Position numbers and translations under genes: made by a program. DNA of 32,866 nucleotides, taken from assembly GCF_001194135.2 (NCBI RefSeq), contig NC_068983.1, positions 30,581,065-30,613,930 on the forward strand, in the 5' to 3' direction. How positions within the stretch are numbered: position 1 is the first letter of the stretch; every line of letters starts with the position of its first letter. Shown piece by piece: positions 10,577 to 21,639 of this stretch. Below the pieces are notes generated by a model. The model saw only the letters and a program-made list of their open reading frames with translations. It ran no database searches and was not told where the DNA came from. Source of the stretch: Octopus bimaculoides (taxonomy: Eukaryota).

Positions 10577-11003
10577 CATCATCATCATCGTTTAACGTCC
10601 GCTTTCCATGCTAGCATGGGTTGGACAATTTGACTGAGGACTGGTGAAACGAGATGGCTACACCAGGCTCCAATCTGATCTGGCAGAGATTCTACAGCTG
10701 GATGCCCTTCCTAACGCCAACCACTCTGAGAGTGTAGTGGGTGCTTTTATGTGTCACTGGCACGAGGGCCAGTCCTGCGGTACTGGCAACGCCCACGCTC
10801 AAAATGGTGTATTTTACGTGCCATCTGCACGAGGGCCAGTCACACGGTACTGGCATGGCTATGCTCAAAAAGGTGTTTTTTNNNNNNNNNNCTGCACGAG
10901 GGCCAGTCACACGGTACTGGCATGGCTATGCTCAAAAAGGTGTTTTTTACGTGCCACCTGCACAGGAGCCAGTCCAGCAGCACTGGCAACGACCTTGCTC
11001 GAA
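10577..11003 (-). mobile_element. Long family A element (RTE LINE 3'-end derivative) with internal ~63-bp tandem units
   Basis: (cat)n-cgtttaacgtccgctttCCATGCTAGCATGGgttggac tail, ggatgcccttcctaacgccaacc motif, and repeated gcacgagggccagtc...tttacgtgcca units. Confidence 0.88.
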
Positions 11004-11329
11004 TGATTATTATTATTATTATTATTATTGTTGTTGTTGTTGTAGCAGACACAGAACCCACAGTGCTGAGACTCCTTATTTTCCTGCAACTTTATTTAAC
11101 TTATTTTGTCTCCATTTATAATGGTCAGCAATTCATTAAATCAACTTCATTAGTTCATTAGATGTAGTTGATAGTTTTTGTTACTTAGATGATCTTATTG
11201 ATGCTGAAGACTACAAGAGAACCTATAAATGGCTGTTCATTACCTACAATTTAAAAACAAGAAGAACACATTGGAGAATGTAGTTCTGGATACATAATGA
11301 CTGAAAAAAACAAACCATCAATCCTCACC

Positions 11330-11476
11330 TGTTGGGGTTCTTTCAGTTTCTGTCAACCAAATCCACCCACAAAGCTTTCGTCAGCCCAATGCTATAGTAG
11401 AAGACACTCAAGGTGCTGTGTATTGAGACTGAACTCTAGACCACATGCATGGAAAGCAAATATCTCAACCACACCT
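11330..11476 (-). mobile_element. SINE family B 5' part, decayed
   Basis: ttctttcagtttctgtcaaccaaatcc...gagactgaactc aligns to 7159-7556. Confidence 0.75.
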
Positions 11477-12109
11477 TAGAAATTATCAGTTTGATATATC
11501 TGACAAATGTCCATTTTCAATGTAATGATTTTTTGGCATAGGCAAAATGCCACAAATTTGATGGTGGGTCGTAGACAAAACATTTGATTCTCAATACTTA
11601 ACTTGTAATTTTTTTTCTTATCAACTCAGGGAAGATGGAAATGCAATGCTGACATTGGAGTACAAAGGGACATAACTATATATTGCCAGTCATCCTGGTT
11701 GGCTTGACTGATTCTGAGTTGGCATTGAGTAATCAAGTTAATGGAAGTGAATAAAGAAAAAAATGCAGTGTTATTAAAACTAAACTTTATCTCAGAACAG
11801 TTAGCTACAAAACAAGTTGCATAGTTAACAGCATATTTCAGTTTCATAAGAATAACATACAACTGAGTCAGAAATATATAAGAGTTCATATAACAATCAA
11901 GGAATGTTCAATAATGAAAAGTTATGTAAAATATCCTCTTTGTTCAACAAGAAAAACATTATCTCTAAAAATTCACCACAATAGGCAGAAAGAAACTTAG
12001 TTTAGGACATGCCATGTCCCTTACAAACACATAAATTTATGTAGATAAATCTCAGACAATCAAAGTATTTACAATCATTGCTAATTAAAATGGATATGTT
12101 GACACAACT

Positions 12110-12326
12110 CCCTTTTGATACCAATCTGCCTGTGTTCCTGGTCAGATAACACAAATTTTCTATTTCAAAGTGATCTAAACAAAAGTCTTTCATCCAAATT
12201 TCGTGTTAGTGCATGCACCAAACAGCAGCTTAATAATGACAAAGTTATGTTACTAAATCCATTATTTTAAAAAGTTATTGAAAAAAAAATGTTATGTATT
12301 TCAACAAAAATATGGTATCAAAAGGG
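12110..12326. mobile_element. piggyBac-type MITE, family P2
   Basis: Perfect 14-bp TIR CCCTTTTGATACCA (12110-12123) / TGGTATCAAAAGGG (12313-12326). The TTAA flanks are degenerate. A decayed paralogue lies at 23212-23440. Confidence 0.8.
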
Positions 12327-12344
12327 TTACATAAAACTGATTGT

Positions 12345-12520
12345 TGTTGTTGTTTAACCCCAGGACTGACCTGACTGAACAGATTTATGATCAAAGGTAT
12401 TCCTGCAGTGATCATGTCACCTTTTTTTTTTTGCATAAATTCCTTACTCAACACATCCTGCATTTTTCTTTATGATAATAGGATGTGATTCAGGGTGGAA
12501 ATTTGGCTACTGTTTCTAAA
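12345..12520 (-). mobile_element. SINE-like family D copy
   Basis: ttgttgttgttgtttaaccccagg...atttggctactgtttcta. Confidence 0.6.
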
Positions 12521-12529
12521 GATGGGCTT

Positions 12530-12573
12530 GATAAAATTGATTAAGCATCGATAAAATTGATTAAGCATCGATA
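12530..12573. repeat. Perfect 20-bp tandem duplication GATAAAATTGATTAAGCATC x2.2
   Basis: 12530-12549 is identical to 12550-12569, followed by GATA. Confidence 0.95.
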
Positions 12574-13212
12574 CAAACCTCAGATTTATAAGGAGTGAGT
12601 GAGTAATATTGTTATGAAATTCACATCTTTAGAAATATTTACTTTTTTTTATAGCAAATAGTCTCATGGGAGTACCAAGACCTTTCCAGTTCTTCTCTGA
12701 CATCTTCAGGGAATATGTTGGCTGTCAGAATACAGTGAGTGCTAGTCTGGTTCAAATGCTTACAACAGAGTGAGAGTGAACCTCATTAAAGGTACACAAA
12801 GACCAAATGGTGGCTTTAGGCCTTCTGGTGAAGGAAGAAAACTTGGAGATTCTGATCTGAATGCTTGAAACACAGTTAACTTTGCTGAAGGCATATAAAG
12901 ACCAAGTGACAGTGGTGTTACTCCAAAAGGTCTCCTACTAAAGGGAGAAAACTGGAGGTCTGCTCCAAGTGTTTACAGGAGAGTGAACCTTGCTAAAGGC
13001 ACCCACTGAAAGACCAGGTGGAAGTGTTAGTTTGGGAAACATGTGACATTGTCAGCAACTAGGCTAGTGGATTTAGCACAGCAGAAATCTAATGAAACCT
13101 GGTTTTATATTATTGACAATGGATCAGTATTTAGAAGGATATCATGACTGCTATGATGATATAGTCAGTCATGACAAGTTGTGAGAGATCAAGAATTATA
13201 TTGACCATTATT

Positions 13213-13672
13213 AAGGTGGCAACAAGGTGGTGAGCTGGCCAAATCGTTAGCACGCTGGACAAAATGCTTAGCGGTATTTTGCCCATCACTATGTTCTGTG
13301 TTCAAATTCCGCTGAGGTCAACCTTGCCTTTCGCAATCGATAAATTAAATAACAGTGACTCACTGGGGTCGATGCAATCAACTATTAAGTCCCCTCCCCA
13401 AAATTTCAGGCCTTGTGCTTTCAGTAGAAAGGATTATTAAGGTGGCAAGCTGGTAGAATTGCTACTGCACCAGACAAAATTCTTAGTGGTATTTCTTTTG
13501 CCTCTTTATGTTCTGAATGCAAATGCTGCCAAGGCTGACTGCCTTTCATCCTTTTGGGGTAAAAAAAAAGTACTGATAGAGCACGGGGTGGGGTGGGGGT
13601 CAATGTAATTGACTTCCTGCATCCCTTAATAAAATTTCTGACATTGTACCAAAATTCAAAAGAATTATTATT
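13213..13672 (+). mobile_element. Second head-to-tail SINE family C dimer (13213-13437, 13439-13672)
   Basis: Same head, central domain and ATT tail. The junction gaaaggattatt|aaggtggc has the same form as at 10216. Confidence 0.85.
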
Positions 13673-14329
13673 TGTATACCAAAACATTTTAACAAGGGAA
13701 ATCCCATAATAGTTTAGGCTGATCACTCCATTATAGCACGACAAAAATCTAATTGTCTTTGGCATATCAGAAAAACAGTTATTCTTTTACTTACATTGGT
13801 TTTAGTGATTGGACTGCATCTAGGCTGGGGTACAACCTTCAAGTCGATTATTATATCAACCCAGAGCTTTCACTAATGTTTCCTCTACCATTCTCATAAA
13901 ATATGAAATGCAAAGTAGGCAATGTAATAAAGGTAAATAGCAATTGTCACAAGATATTTCAGTGAGTATGTACCAGTTTGCTCCCAATGTTGATATAACC
14001 ACATACAAAAGACTTCCACACTTTCCTTCAACCAAATTCTACCATTGACAAACACAAGGTTAAGAAAGAAAACACTTGCCCTAAGTGCCATGTGATGAGA
14101 CTGAACCCAACACCTTGTAGTTGCAAAGTTAACTTCTTAACCACAGTCATACTTGTTTTCATTCTGCAGATATCTTGGTATTTGAATTAAATAATTCCAG
14201 ATAGAATTTGAATTTCACTTCCATAAATATTTATATACAATGAGAAACAACAAAATATTACTCTATATATTCTATGTGAACATTAGAATTTCTTTTTTTT
14301 TTACTCTTGACTCCAGTAAACACTATTGA

Positions 14330-14530
14330 CAGTTTTGTTGTTTAGCCTGAGCTCAGATCAACTTTGACTGAGCACACATGATTAGAAGCACTCCAGCCAT
14401 GACCATCCCATGATTTGGCATATTTAAGTACTACATCATCAAAAATATGCTTTCTCTTTTTAAAATGGTTGAGTGTAATTTGGCTGCTTTTTCTAACAGG
14501 TCAGATGACCACACAGAGGTTCATTGTTGT
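14330..14530 (-). mobile_element. SINE-like family D copy
   Basis: ttgttgtttagcctgagctcag...aatttggctgctttttctaacaggtcagatgacc. Confidence 0.6.
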
Positions 14531-15139
14531 TGCTGGTACTATTGCAACACCAAATAGCAACTTATAGGTGCCTTTTCTGTAACAAGTTATCTAATTCATT
14601 TTCTTTGGAACTAGGTAATTTTTATATGAAAAAAACAAAAACAAACAAAAACTGCAAGAAATTTCAACATTATCAATCAATACCCAACAAATATATTAAC
14701 TGTAAGCAACAACATAAGATGTGAAGATAACTGCCAAGGCACAATTGTTTAGAGAAAGAAAATAGATTCTTTTTTAACAAAACAACACTAAAATCAGTTA
14801 TAAAATATATATTTTACTTAGAATGGAAAAAGATTTTTTAATATTAAGTCAAATCATTTTCCTAAGGAAAAATAAATAATAACATTTATCTTGAATAAAT
14901 AATCTATAAAGTTAATGAGTCTAATTGACATTTAGATTAGATTTATATAAGAAATAGGATTTATTTAAAAGCTTTAGGAGGCATTGACTGATTTAAGAGG
15001 GTTATTGTGGTAGTTGGCTGAGATTTGTAGGTGTAGATGTAATTGTTGAAAATTAATGTTTTAATGTAAGATAGAAATTTCAGAAAAAACAATTCATTTT
15101 TCAGCAGAATGAAAGGTAAACTGAATATTAAGAATGAGT

Positions 15140-15369
15140 TTAACCCTTTAGCATTCAGACTACTCTGTCAAAATGTAATGCTTATTTATTCACATTGCTT
15201 TGAATAATCATGCATTACCTTGTAGTTTCATGATTCTGAGGATGTGATTGTTTATTTTTAGAATGACATTATGTAGGATAGGTGTGAGAGACTGAATCTG
15301 GCCTGTCTGAACATAAAACAGGTAGAGTATTTTGGCCTGATATGACCAGTTTACATGCTAAAGGATTAA
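15140..15369. mobile_element. piggyBac-type MITE, family P1
   Basis: TTAA|CCCTTTAGCAT ... ATGCTAAAGGA|TTAA, the inverse of 8306-8531. Confidence 0.85.
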
Positions 15370-15685
15370 GGTGATGAGAAACAGATGGTGTGTAAAGCAA
15401 AGGAAAATAAAAAAATAGCAGTACAAGATCCAGCCTCAGTTTTGTCCTTTAACTAATAATGATATCGTTTGGCACAAATCCACAAATTTGTAGGCAACAG
15501 GGAAAATAATGAATTAAACAGAAGCCCCTGCTATTTGTCTGGTACTTGTTTATATAAGACTCAAGGTGGAAGGTAAAAATCAAATCTAATTCTGATAGGA
15601 TTTGAACTCAGATGTAACTTCTCATAACTATTGATGCAATACAGAATTATTTCAAATCCTCAACCTTCAGCCTGCTAATGTGTCT

Positions 15686-15696
15686 TTTATTTTATT
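15686..15696 (-). terminator. Candidate polyadenylation signal of the zinc-finger exon
   Basis: Two overlapping AATAAA on minus (plus TTTATT at 15686-15691 and 15691-15696), about 225 nt after the stop. Confidence 0.5.
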
Positions 15697-15919
15697 TTTT
15701 CTTTTGTTTTTTTCTTGTAGCAAAAATACATTTTGAAGCCTAGTTGTGAAAACACCTACAAATTATTAAGAGCAGCAATGTCTTTGGTGTTGTTGCTGTC
15801 CTTTCCTCACCCAGTACACCTAAAACTACAGACTGTCAGAAGCAAAACAACTCCTTGATAGAAAATATAATATATATACATAAATTTGACCTATATATTG
15901 TTGAATAGTTAAACAGCCA

Positions 15920-16677
15920 TCAGCAACAAAGATTGTGATTTGGTATTTCTGTGTTGAGAATAACTGGCTGATTAAAACATTTCTCAGTATGGTACCGCAA
16001 TGATGAACGCCATTTATAAATCTTATTGCAGCGTCGACATCGATAATGTTGACTGCCATGCTGACCACGCATGTGAGTGGAAAGAGAGTCTTTTGACGAA
16101 CAAGTCTGCTCACAGATGTTACATCGAAACAACTCACCACCATGGTGCTTTGTACGACCACAGAAACGTTTATGGGATAACAAACTTTTTTTGAAACGAA
16201 ATGTTAAATTACATCGGTCACATTTTTCTTCTAGTATGTGATGTTTGTCAATGTGAGCTTTGTATGTCCAGAAACTATCAAAACCACGACCGCATATCGA
16301 GCAGTTGAATAGAAATTTTCCAAGGTGTTTAGAATTCATGTGACTCTGCAATCCATATTGAGTTTTATAGTGCTGACCACATTGTGGACAAGATATATTC
16401 CCAGCATTAAACAATGGCAATGGATCAGCCAGAACTGTTTGCTGAAGTTGACCATCAAAGTTGGCATTGATACTTAGAGCAGAGTCTCTGTGGTACATGC
16501 TGACATGATGAAGCAGAAGTTCTTGAGAACTGGTTGAAAATATGCACTGGTTGCAATCATAGATGTCAGGGCCAATGTTAACCTTCTGCTCATGTTCTTC
16601 TACAGCAGTCGACAGTTCAGCAAGCTCTGTGAACACATTGGAAGATTCTTCTATGGGTTTTGTAATTTCAAAGGTTT
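15920..16677 (-). CDS. Terminal exon encoding six zinc fingers (4 C2H2 + 2 C2HC), phase-1 acceptor; candidate alternative last exon of NHEJ1
   Basis: Acceptor catttcatttccacttccag|AA ACC TTT at 16677. The frame is open to TGA at 15922-15920 and there is no in-frame ATG before the first finger. Fingers: CNQC..HHVSMYH, CPQC..HMNSKH, CSIC..HIDKH, CDRC..HKRFC, CNIC..HMRGQH, CRRC..KWRSSLRYHTEKC. Confidence 0.92.
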
Positions 16678-17310
16678 CTGGAAGTGGAAATGAAATGTAA
16701 GACGGAATATAAATATTAGTTATCCAAATATTAGTTATCTAGAAATTACAAGATTTTAGTAAAAATTAACAAACAATTAACTATTAATCAAAAAATATTC
16801 TTTCTTTTATCATAAAAAACTCTTGTAGGTAAGTAGTAAGCACTGCCACTTGAATTAACACCAGAATATTATTACTATTTCACTGACTAACTTGAGCGAT
16901 TAAAGCAAAGCTGAGATTGACAACAGTTCAGTCAACCAAAAGTTAAAATAGTACATTAGTCACGGGAGCACAACAAGAGATATTACCTCTTTCATTTTCA
17001 TCTTTTTCAGTCATTAGTCAACCTCATCTTACTAAACAACCCTCTTAGTCACAACTCTTTTACTTTTTCAGAATAAAGTGACATGAATCTTAATTATACT
17101 GTATGATCTTTAGTCAGATGCTCTTTCATTCTCAATCTGCTACTCTCAAATAACATTTTGTCTTTGATAAAGAGCTTAGTCTAAAAAGCCCTTTATCTTA
17201 TGGCACACCTGATCAATTTTGTGAACTTTATCAATTGATTTTTTTTCCACAGCAAATGTGATGTCAAATTAATAAAATCATGGTTTTATTTATTTCCAAA
17301 GTGTTTCCAT

Positions 17311-17393
17311 AGGCAGGAGTGGCTGTGGGGTAAGTAGCTTGCTTACCAACCACATGGTCCCGGGTTCAGTCCCACTGCGTGGCACCTTGGGCA
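17311..17393 (+). mobile_element. SINE family B head only
   Basis: aggcaggagtggctgtggggtaagtagcttgcttaccaaccacatggtcccgggttcagtcccactgcgtggcaccttgggca is nearly identical to the 7556 head and is fused to an RTE 3' UTR. Confidence 0.9.
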
Positions 17394-18851
17394 CACAGGT
17401 GCTTGTACATGGCACCACCATGAGTGCTTTACACAGCCAGAAGGACGGGTCTTAATACTTTGGCTGTTGGGTATGGGTCTTCTTGAGTATGGTCAGACAC
17501 TGGGTATTTCAGTCCTTTGTCATTTTGCCTGAAAGGTTCAGTTCCTGGGTCTCCCACTTCCACGTGTTCCATCTGCTTTGAGAGATCATCACTTCTTTAT
17601 GGCACTGTCAGCATCCAGCTGCATCACGTAACCAAACCAGAGCAATCTCCTCTCTTGCACATAGCAACAAATTTTTCTTATGCCTAACTTCTCTCTCAGA
17701 ACACTGGTACTCTATTGAACACGTACACTTACATTACAAATCCAATGGAGCATACTAGCCTCATTCCTTTCTAACCTTTGCATGTCCTCTGCATTCAGAG
17801 CCCATGTCTCACTACCATGTAGAATTGCTGTCGTATACATGCATTATACAATCTTCCTTTCACTTGAAGAGAGAAATCTTTCATGGCCAACAGAGGTAAC
17901 AGCTCTCTGAATTTCTGCCATCCTATTACACTCTCTGCGCATCCTCTCCCACTACTAATTTGGTTCCCAAGGTAGCAGAAATTATCTACTACCGCTAACG
18001 AGCCCCCAGGGTATTTGAGAAAATCAATTTCCCGAGTCTCTAAAGTTTTTAAGGACCCTGTGCATCTTGCACATGCGAAAACTATCTTCTCTGATAACCT
18101 TCCAATTAACCCACTGTACCTCTTGTGTGTCCATAGCTTTTGCACTGGGTACACTGTATGGAGTTTCTGCCTACACCTTTCCTACAAATTCAATATGGCA
18201 ACCTACCTGAGGGGGATAGGGACCTGTCAGTTTTCTTGCTAAGTTAACCTTGAGGCCCTTAAATTCCAGGTTTTACTTCCACACATGGCATTTTTCATCT
18301 AGTTCTGATATGGAATTCACTATGATGACAAGATCATCAGCATATAGTCATACCCATGATGAAAAGGAGGGGACTAAGGTCCAAACCTTGATAAACCCTT
18401 ACCTGCACACCAAATTCTTCCCTGTACTTGTGGTTAACTCTCACCTTACTGACAGTATCTTTGTACATGGCCTGTACAGCTCTCACCAGCCACTTGTCTA
18501 TACCTAGCCTTCTCAGAGTCCATCATATCACACAGCAGGGCACTCTACTGAAGGCTTCCTCTAGATCAACAAATGCCAGTTATAATGTCTTATTCTTAGC
18601 AAAGTACTTTTCTTGTGGTTGCCTGACTATGAAAATAATGTCAGTAGTGTTTCTTCCCCGGACAAAGCAGGACTGCATTTTGTCTAGCCTAATTCTGCTC
18701 CTAATTAATTGGGCAATAACTCTCTGTAATTTTCATCACCCGGTTCAGAAAAATTGATGCCTCTAAAGTTGCTACCCTTGTAGCAGCAAACAATTATGCT
18801 GCTAAGCCAGTCACTGGGTATCACACCTTCTTGAATGACCTGATTAACTAT
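17393..18851 (-). mobile_element. Decayed RTE-clade LINE: RT domain through C-terminus into the 3' UTR
   Basis: Across frames: IVNQVIQEGVIPSDWLSSIIVCCYKG, LYADDL (~18330-18347), a Cys-rich QCTQCKLWTHKR..CARCTG insert, WQKFRELLPLL...KGRLYNAC, and an HGSETW-type segment. Many stops and frameshifts. Confidence 0.9.
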
Positions 18852-19427
18852 GCAGGGTGGCCAGCCCGTATCCTATCTTACCGGATAGTTGGAAAAATTG
18901 ACTCTAGTATTTATTTTCGAAGTCTGGTGATTATCAGTCTCTTTATGTGAACTGCTAAGTTATGATGACTTAAACAAACCAATACCAGTTGTCAGCTGTG
19001 ACTATCTCATCTTTTAAAATTAGTAACCAAATCTCATATCCCACTCCATCATCTTAAAAAGGGGACACATTGGATAGTAATAATGATGATGATGATGATA
19101 CAAAAATGATCATTGCTTGGAATTGCAAGAGTCCTCTGCAGGGTTCGTGAAGCATGATCAGTAAACAAGTGTCACCTTAGTTAACTGGCTGTGGGCAGCT
19201 GACACTTTCCACCACACCCAACAAAATAAAGCTGAAATTTTTCATGAAATAATTATAATAATAATAATAATAATAACAAAATTTTCAAGACAGAGGTACC
19301 CTTGATTGAAACGTCTGATCCCCAACAACAACAGTGGCAGCAATATGAATTTTGTATTTCTGTATGAAATAAGCAAACATTTACAAGAACATAATGATAA
19401 ATAAACACAAGTAAATAATGTAAATAT

Positions 19428-19763
19428 CGGAGACCCCCTTCGGTCATGAATGACCATGGGATTGCACATAGAAAGTTACCCTCCGAGGCACAAGTCCGGG
19501 AAAGGTTGTTTATGGAAGACCAGCAGTCGCCCATGCATACCGGTCTCCCCTCTCCACGCCACCAGTGTTATCCAAGGGAAAGACAAAGGCCAATACAGCT
19601 TGGCACCAGTGATGTCGCAACTCATTTCTACAGCTGAGTGAACTGGAGCAATGTGAAATAAAGTGTCTTGCTCAAGAACACAACATGCAGCCTGGTCTGG
19701 GATTCGAATTCATAACCTGATGGTCATAAATTTGACTCTAACCACTGAGCCATGCGCCTTCAC
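19428..19763 (-). mobile_element. Full-length tRNA-derived SINE (family E) with 9-bp TSD
   Basis: A-box TGGCTCAGTGG, B-box ATTCGAATCCC and 3' stem-loop GGTCA-TTCA-TGACC. TSD TGTAAATAT at 19419-19427 and 19764-19772. Confidence 0.9.
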
Positions 19764-19822
19764 TGTAAATATATAATGTAAATATATACACAATAATTAC
19801 CATACAAATAAATAATGGCAAA

Positions 19823-19891
19823 CATCATCATCATCATCATCATCGTTTAACGTCCGCTTTCCATGCTAGCATGGGTTGGACGATTTGACTG
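19823..19891 (-). mobile_element. Young family A tail running into N gap 19892-19921
   Basis: (cat)n cgtttaacgtccgctttccatgctagcatgggttggacgatttgactga. Confidence 0.85.
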
Positions 19892-19921
19892 ANNNNNNNN
19901 NNNNNNNNNNNNNNNNNNNNN

Positions 19922-19975
<54 letters not shown>

Positions 19976-20011
19976 AGTGTGTGTGTATACATACACATAT
20001 ACATTATATAT

Positions 20012-20330
20012 AAGGAGGTGAACTGGCAGAATCGTTAGCATGTCAGGTAAAGTAATTAGTGACATTTCATCTGTCTTTGCACTCTCGGTTCAAATGCCAC
20101 CAGGGTCATTCTACCTGGTCAGCTCCTGTCAACCATCCTACCCATGCATGCATGGAAGATGGATATTAAACGATGATGACGACAAGCTTCTTTCAGTTTA
20201 TGTCTATCAAATCCACTTACAAGGTTTTGGTCAACCTGAGGCCATAGCAGAAGACACTTGCACAAAGTGCTTTGCAATGGGACTGAAACCAAAACAGTGT
20301 GGTTGGGAAGCAAGAATCTTACCACACAGA
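20012..20330. mobile_element. Patchwork: SINE C2 head (+, 20012-20107), family A tail (+, 20110-20182), SINE B 5' part (-, 20183-20330)
   Basis: Each segment aligns to other copies in the window. Confidence 0.75.
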
Positions 20331-20370
20331 CAATATATATATATCTAACATATATATATATATATATATA

Positions 20371-20503
20371 TCTAACATCTATGCTAGCATAGGTTGGACG
20401 ATTTGACTGAGGACTGGCGAACCAGAAGGCTGCACCAGGCTCTAATCTGATCTGGCAGAGTTTCTACAGCTGGATGCCCTTCCAAACGCCAACCACTCCG
20501 AGA

Positions 20504-20507
<4 letters not shown>
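20371..20507 (-). mobile_element. Short family A copy flanked by (TA)n tracts
   Basis: atgctagcataggttggacgatttgactgagg...ccactccgagagtgt. Confidence 0.85.
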
Positions 20508-20546
<39 letters not shown>

Positions 20547-20990
20547 CTGAACCTTGCAAGGGAGATGACAAATGACTGCAACAAATATCAAAGTATTGTG
20601 CTGAAGAAGACCAATCCAAATCAGGTAAGCATGGAGAGATGGCTATTGAGTTGGCAGTGGTGGGTGGTGATGTTTTGTTAAATACTAAGATACACACACA
20701 TTCAGAGACTACAACATTCAAGAAATACAGATACACTCATAGACAGCCAACTATATATATACACATTATGCATACTCACACATAGATATATACATAGAGC
20801 TGTACACTCATGAAACACATACAATACAGTTATACTCACAATCAGACCTCTATGCCGGTTACATACACATACACACATATGAGGTCAGTTACACCAAATA
20901 AGAATTGACCTGGGATATGATGATTCATTCAACCTATACCAGGATGGAAAAATTGTGGTAAAAATAATGATGATATTTTATATAATATAT

Positions 20991-21210
20991 AAGGAGGTGA
21001 GCTGGCAGAATCATTAGCATGCTGGGTAAAATGATTAGTGACATTTCATCCGTCATTACGTTTTGGGTTCAAATGCTGCCAGGGTTGACTTTGCCTTTCA
21101 TCCTTCCCGGGTTGATAAAATAAGTACCATTTGAGCACTGTGGTCCATGTAATCTACTTAGCCCTTCTCCCAAAATTGCTGGCTTTGTGTCAAAATTTGA
21201 AACCAATATC
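20991..21210 (+). mobile_element. SINE subfamily C2 (aaggaggtgagctggcagaatc head)
   Basis: The head is shared with 20012 and the central gactttgcctttcatcc domain is present. Confidence 0.85.
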
Positions 21211-21505
21211 CTATGTTTTCCATCTCCCACCAGATCATCCTATCAGGGCTTTACTCTCATTTGACGTAGCAGCTACAGGCTGCAGGAGGTATCATGGCAG
21301 GCCCCGCACACCAGATGGGTGGACATGATTAAGGAAGATCTCCAGAGGCTTGACATCACTGTGGAGGATGCAGGAGAGCTGGCACAGGACCAGCAGTAAT
21401 GGAGAGCACTAGTGGATCTAGTTGGCTCTACACGTGATGATATCTGAGACCACTAACTTGGAATGACCCCAGCCCCATCAAGCAAGAGCATGACCTACCT
21501 AGTAG
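21211..21505 (+). mobile_element. 3' end of a different RTE-clade LINE
   Basis: With one frameshift: HLPPDHPIRALL...GRPRT-RWVDMIKEDLQRLDITVEDAGELAQDQQ*WRALV, a typical RTE ORF C-terminus. Confidence 0.8.
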
Positions 21506-21639
21506 TCAAAAGAAAACAGAACACTACTAACTGGAAGTGGCCATACTCGATATACAGAGAGAAAGTAAGTAGGTAAAAAAAGATGTAGGAGGATTGCAAG
21601 CAGGCTGACAAAGGATTTTATATTTTAAAAATGCATAGG

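Noticed and set aside
10826-10947. Exact duplication of an internal family A unit across a 10-N gap
   Set aside because: Identical sequence on both sides of a short gap is most likely an unmerged contig overlap.
18852-18900. CAGGGTGGCCA as a hAT TIR
   Set aside because: It is a single short match with no partner TIR or TSD.
19284-19320. Third hammerhead-like motif (TTCAAGA...TTGAAACGTC)
   Set aside because: It has two mismatches in the CUGANGA core and no G10.1-C11.1 pair.
19690-19763. SINE heads (also 7480-7556 and 17311-17393) as tRNA genes
   Set aside because: A/B boxes are present, but there is no acceptor stem or cloverleaf and the sequence continues into SINE bodies.
20379-20392. Apparent compensatory change preserving the tail palindrome (CTATGCTAGCATAG)
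   Set aside because: The left-arm change is explained by a 7-nt deletion (aacatct[actttcc]atgc), so the symmetry may be chance.
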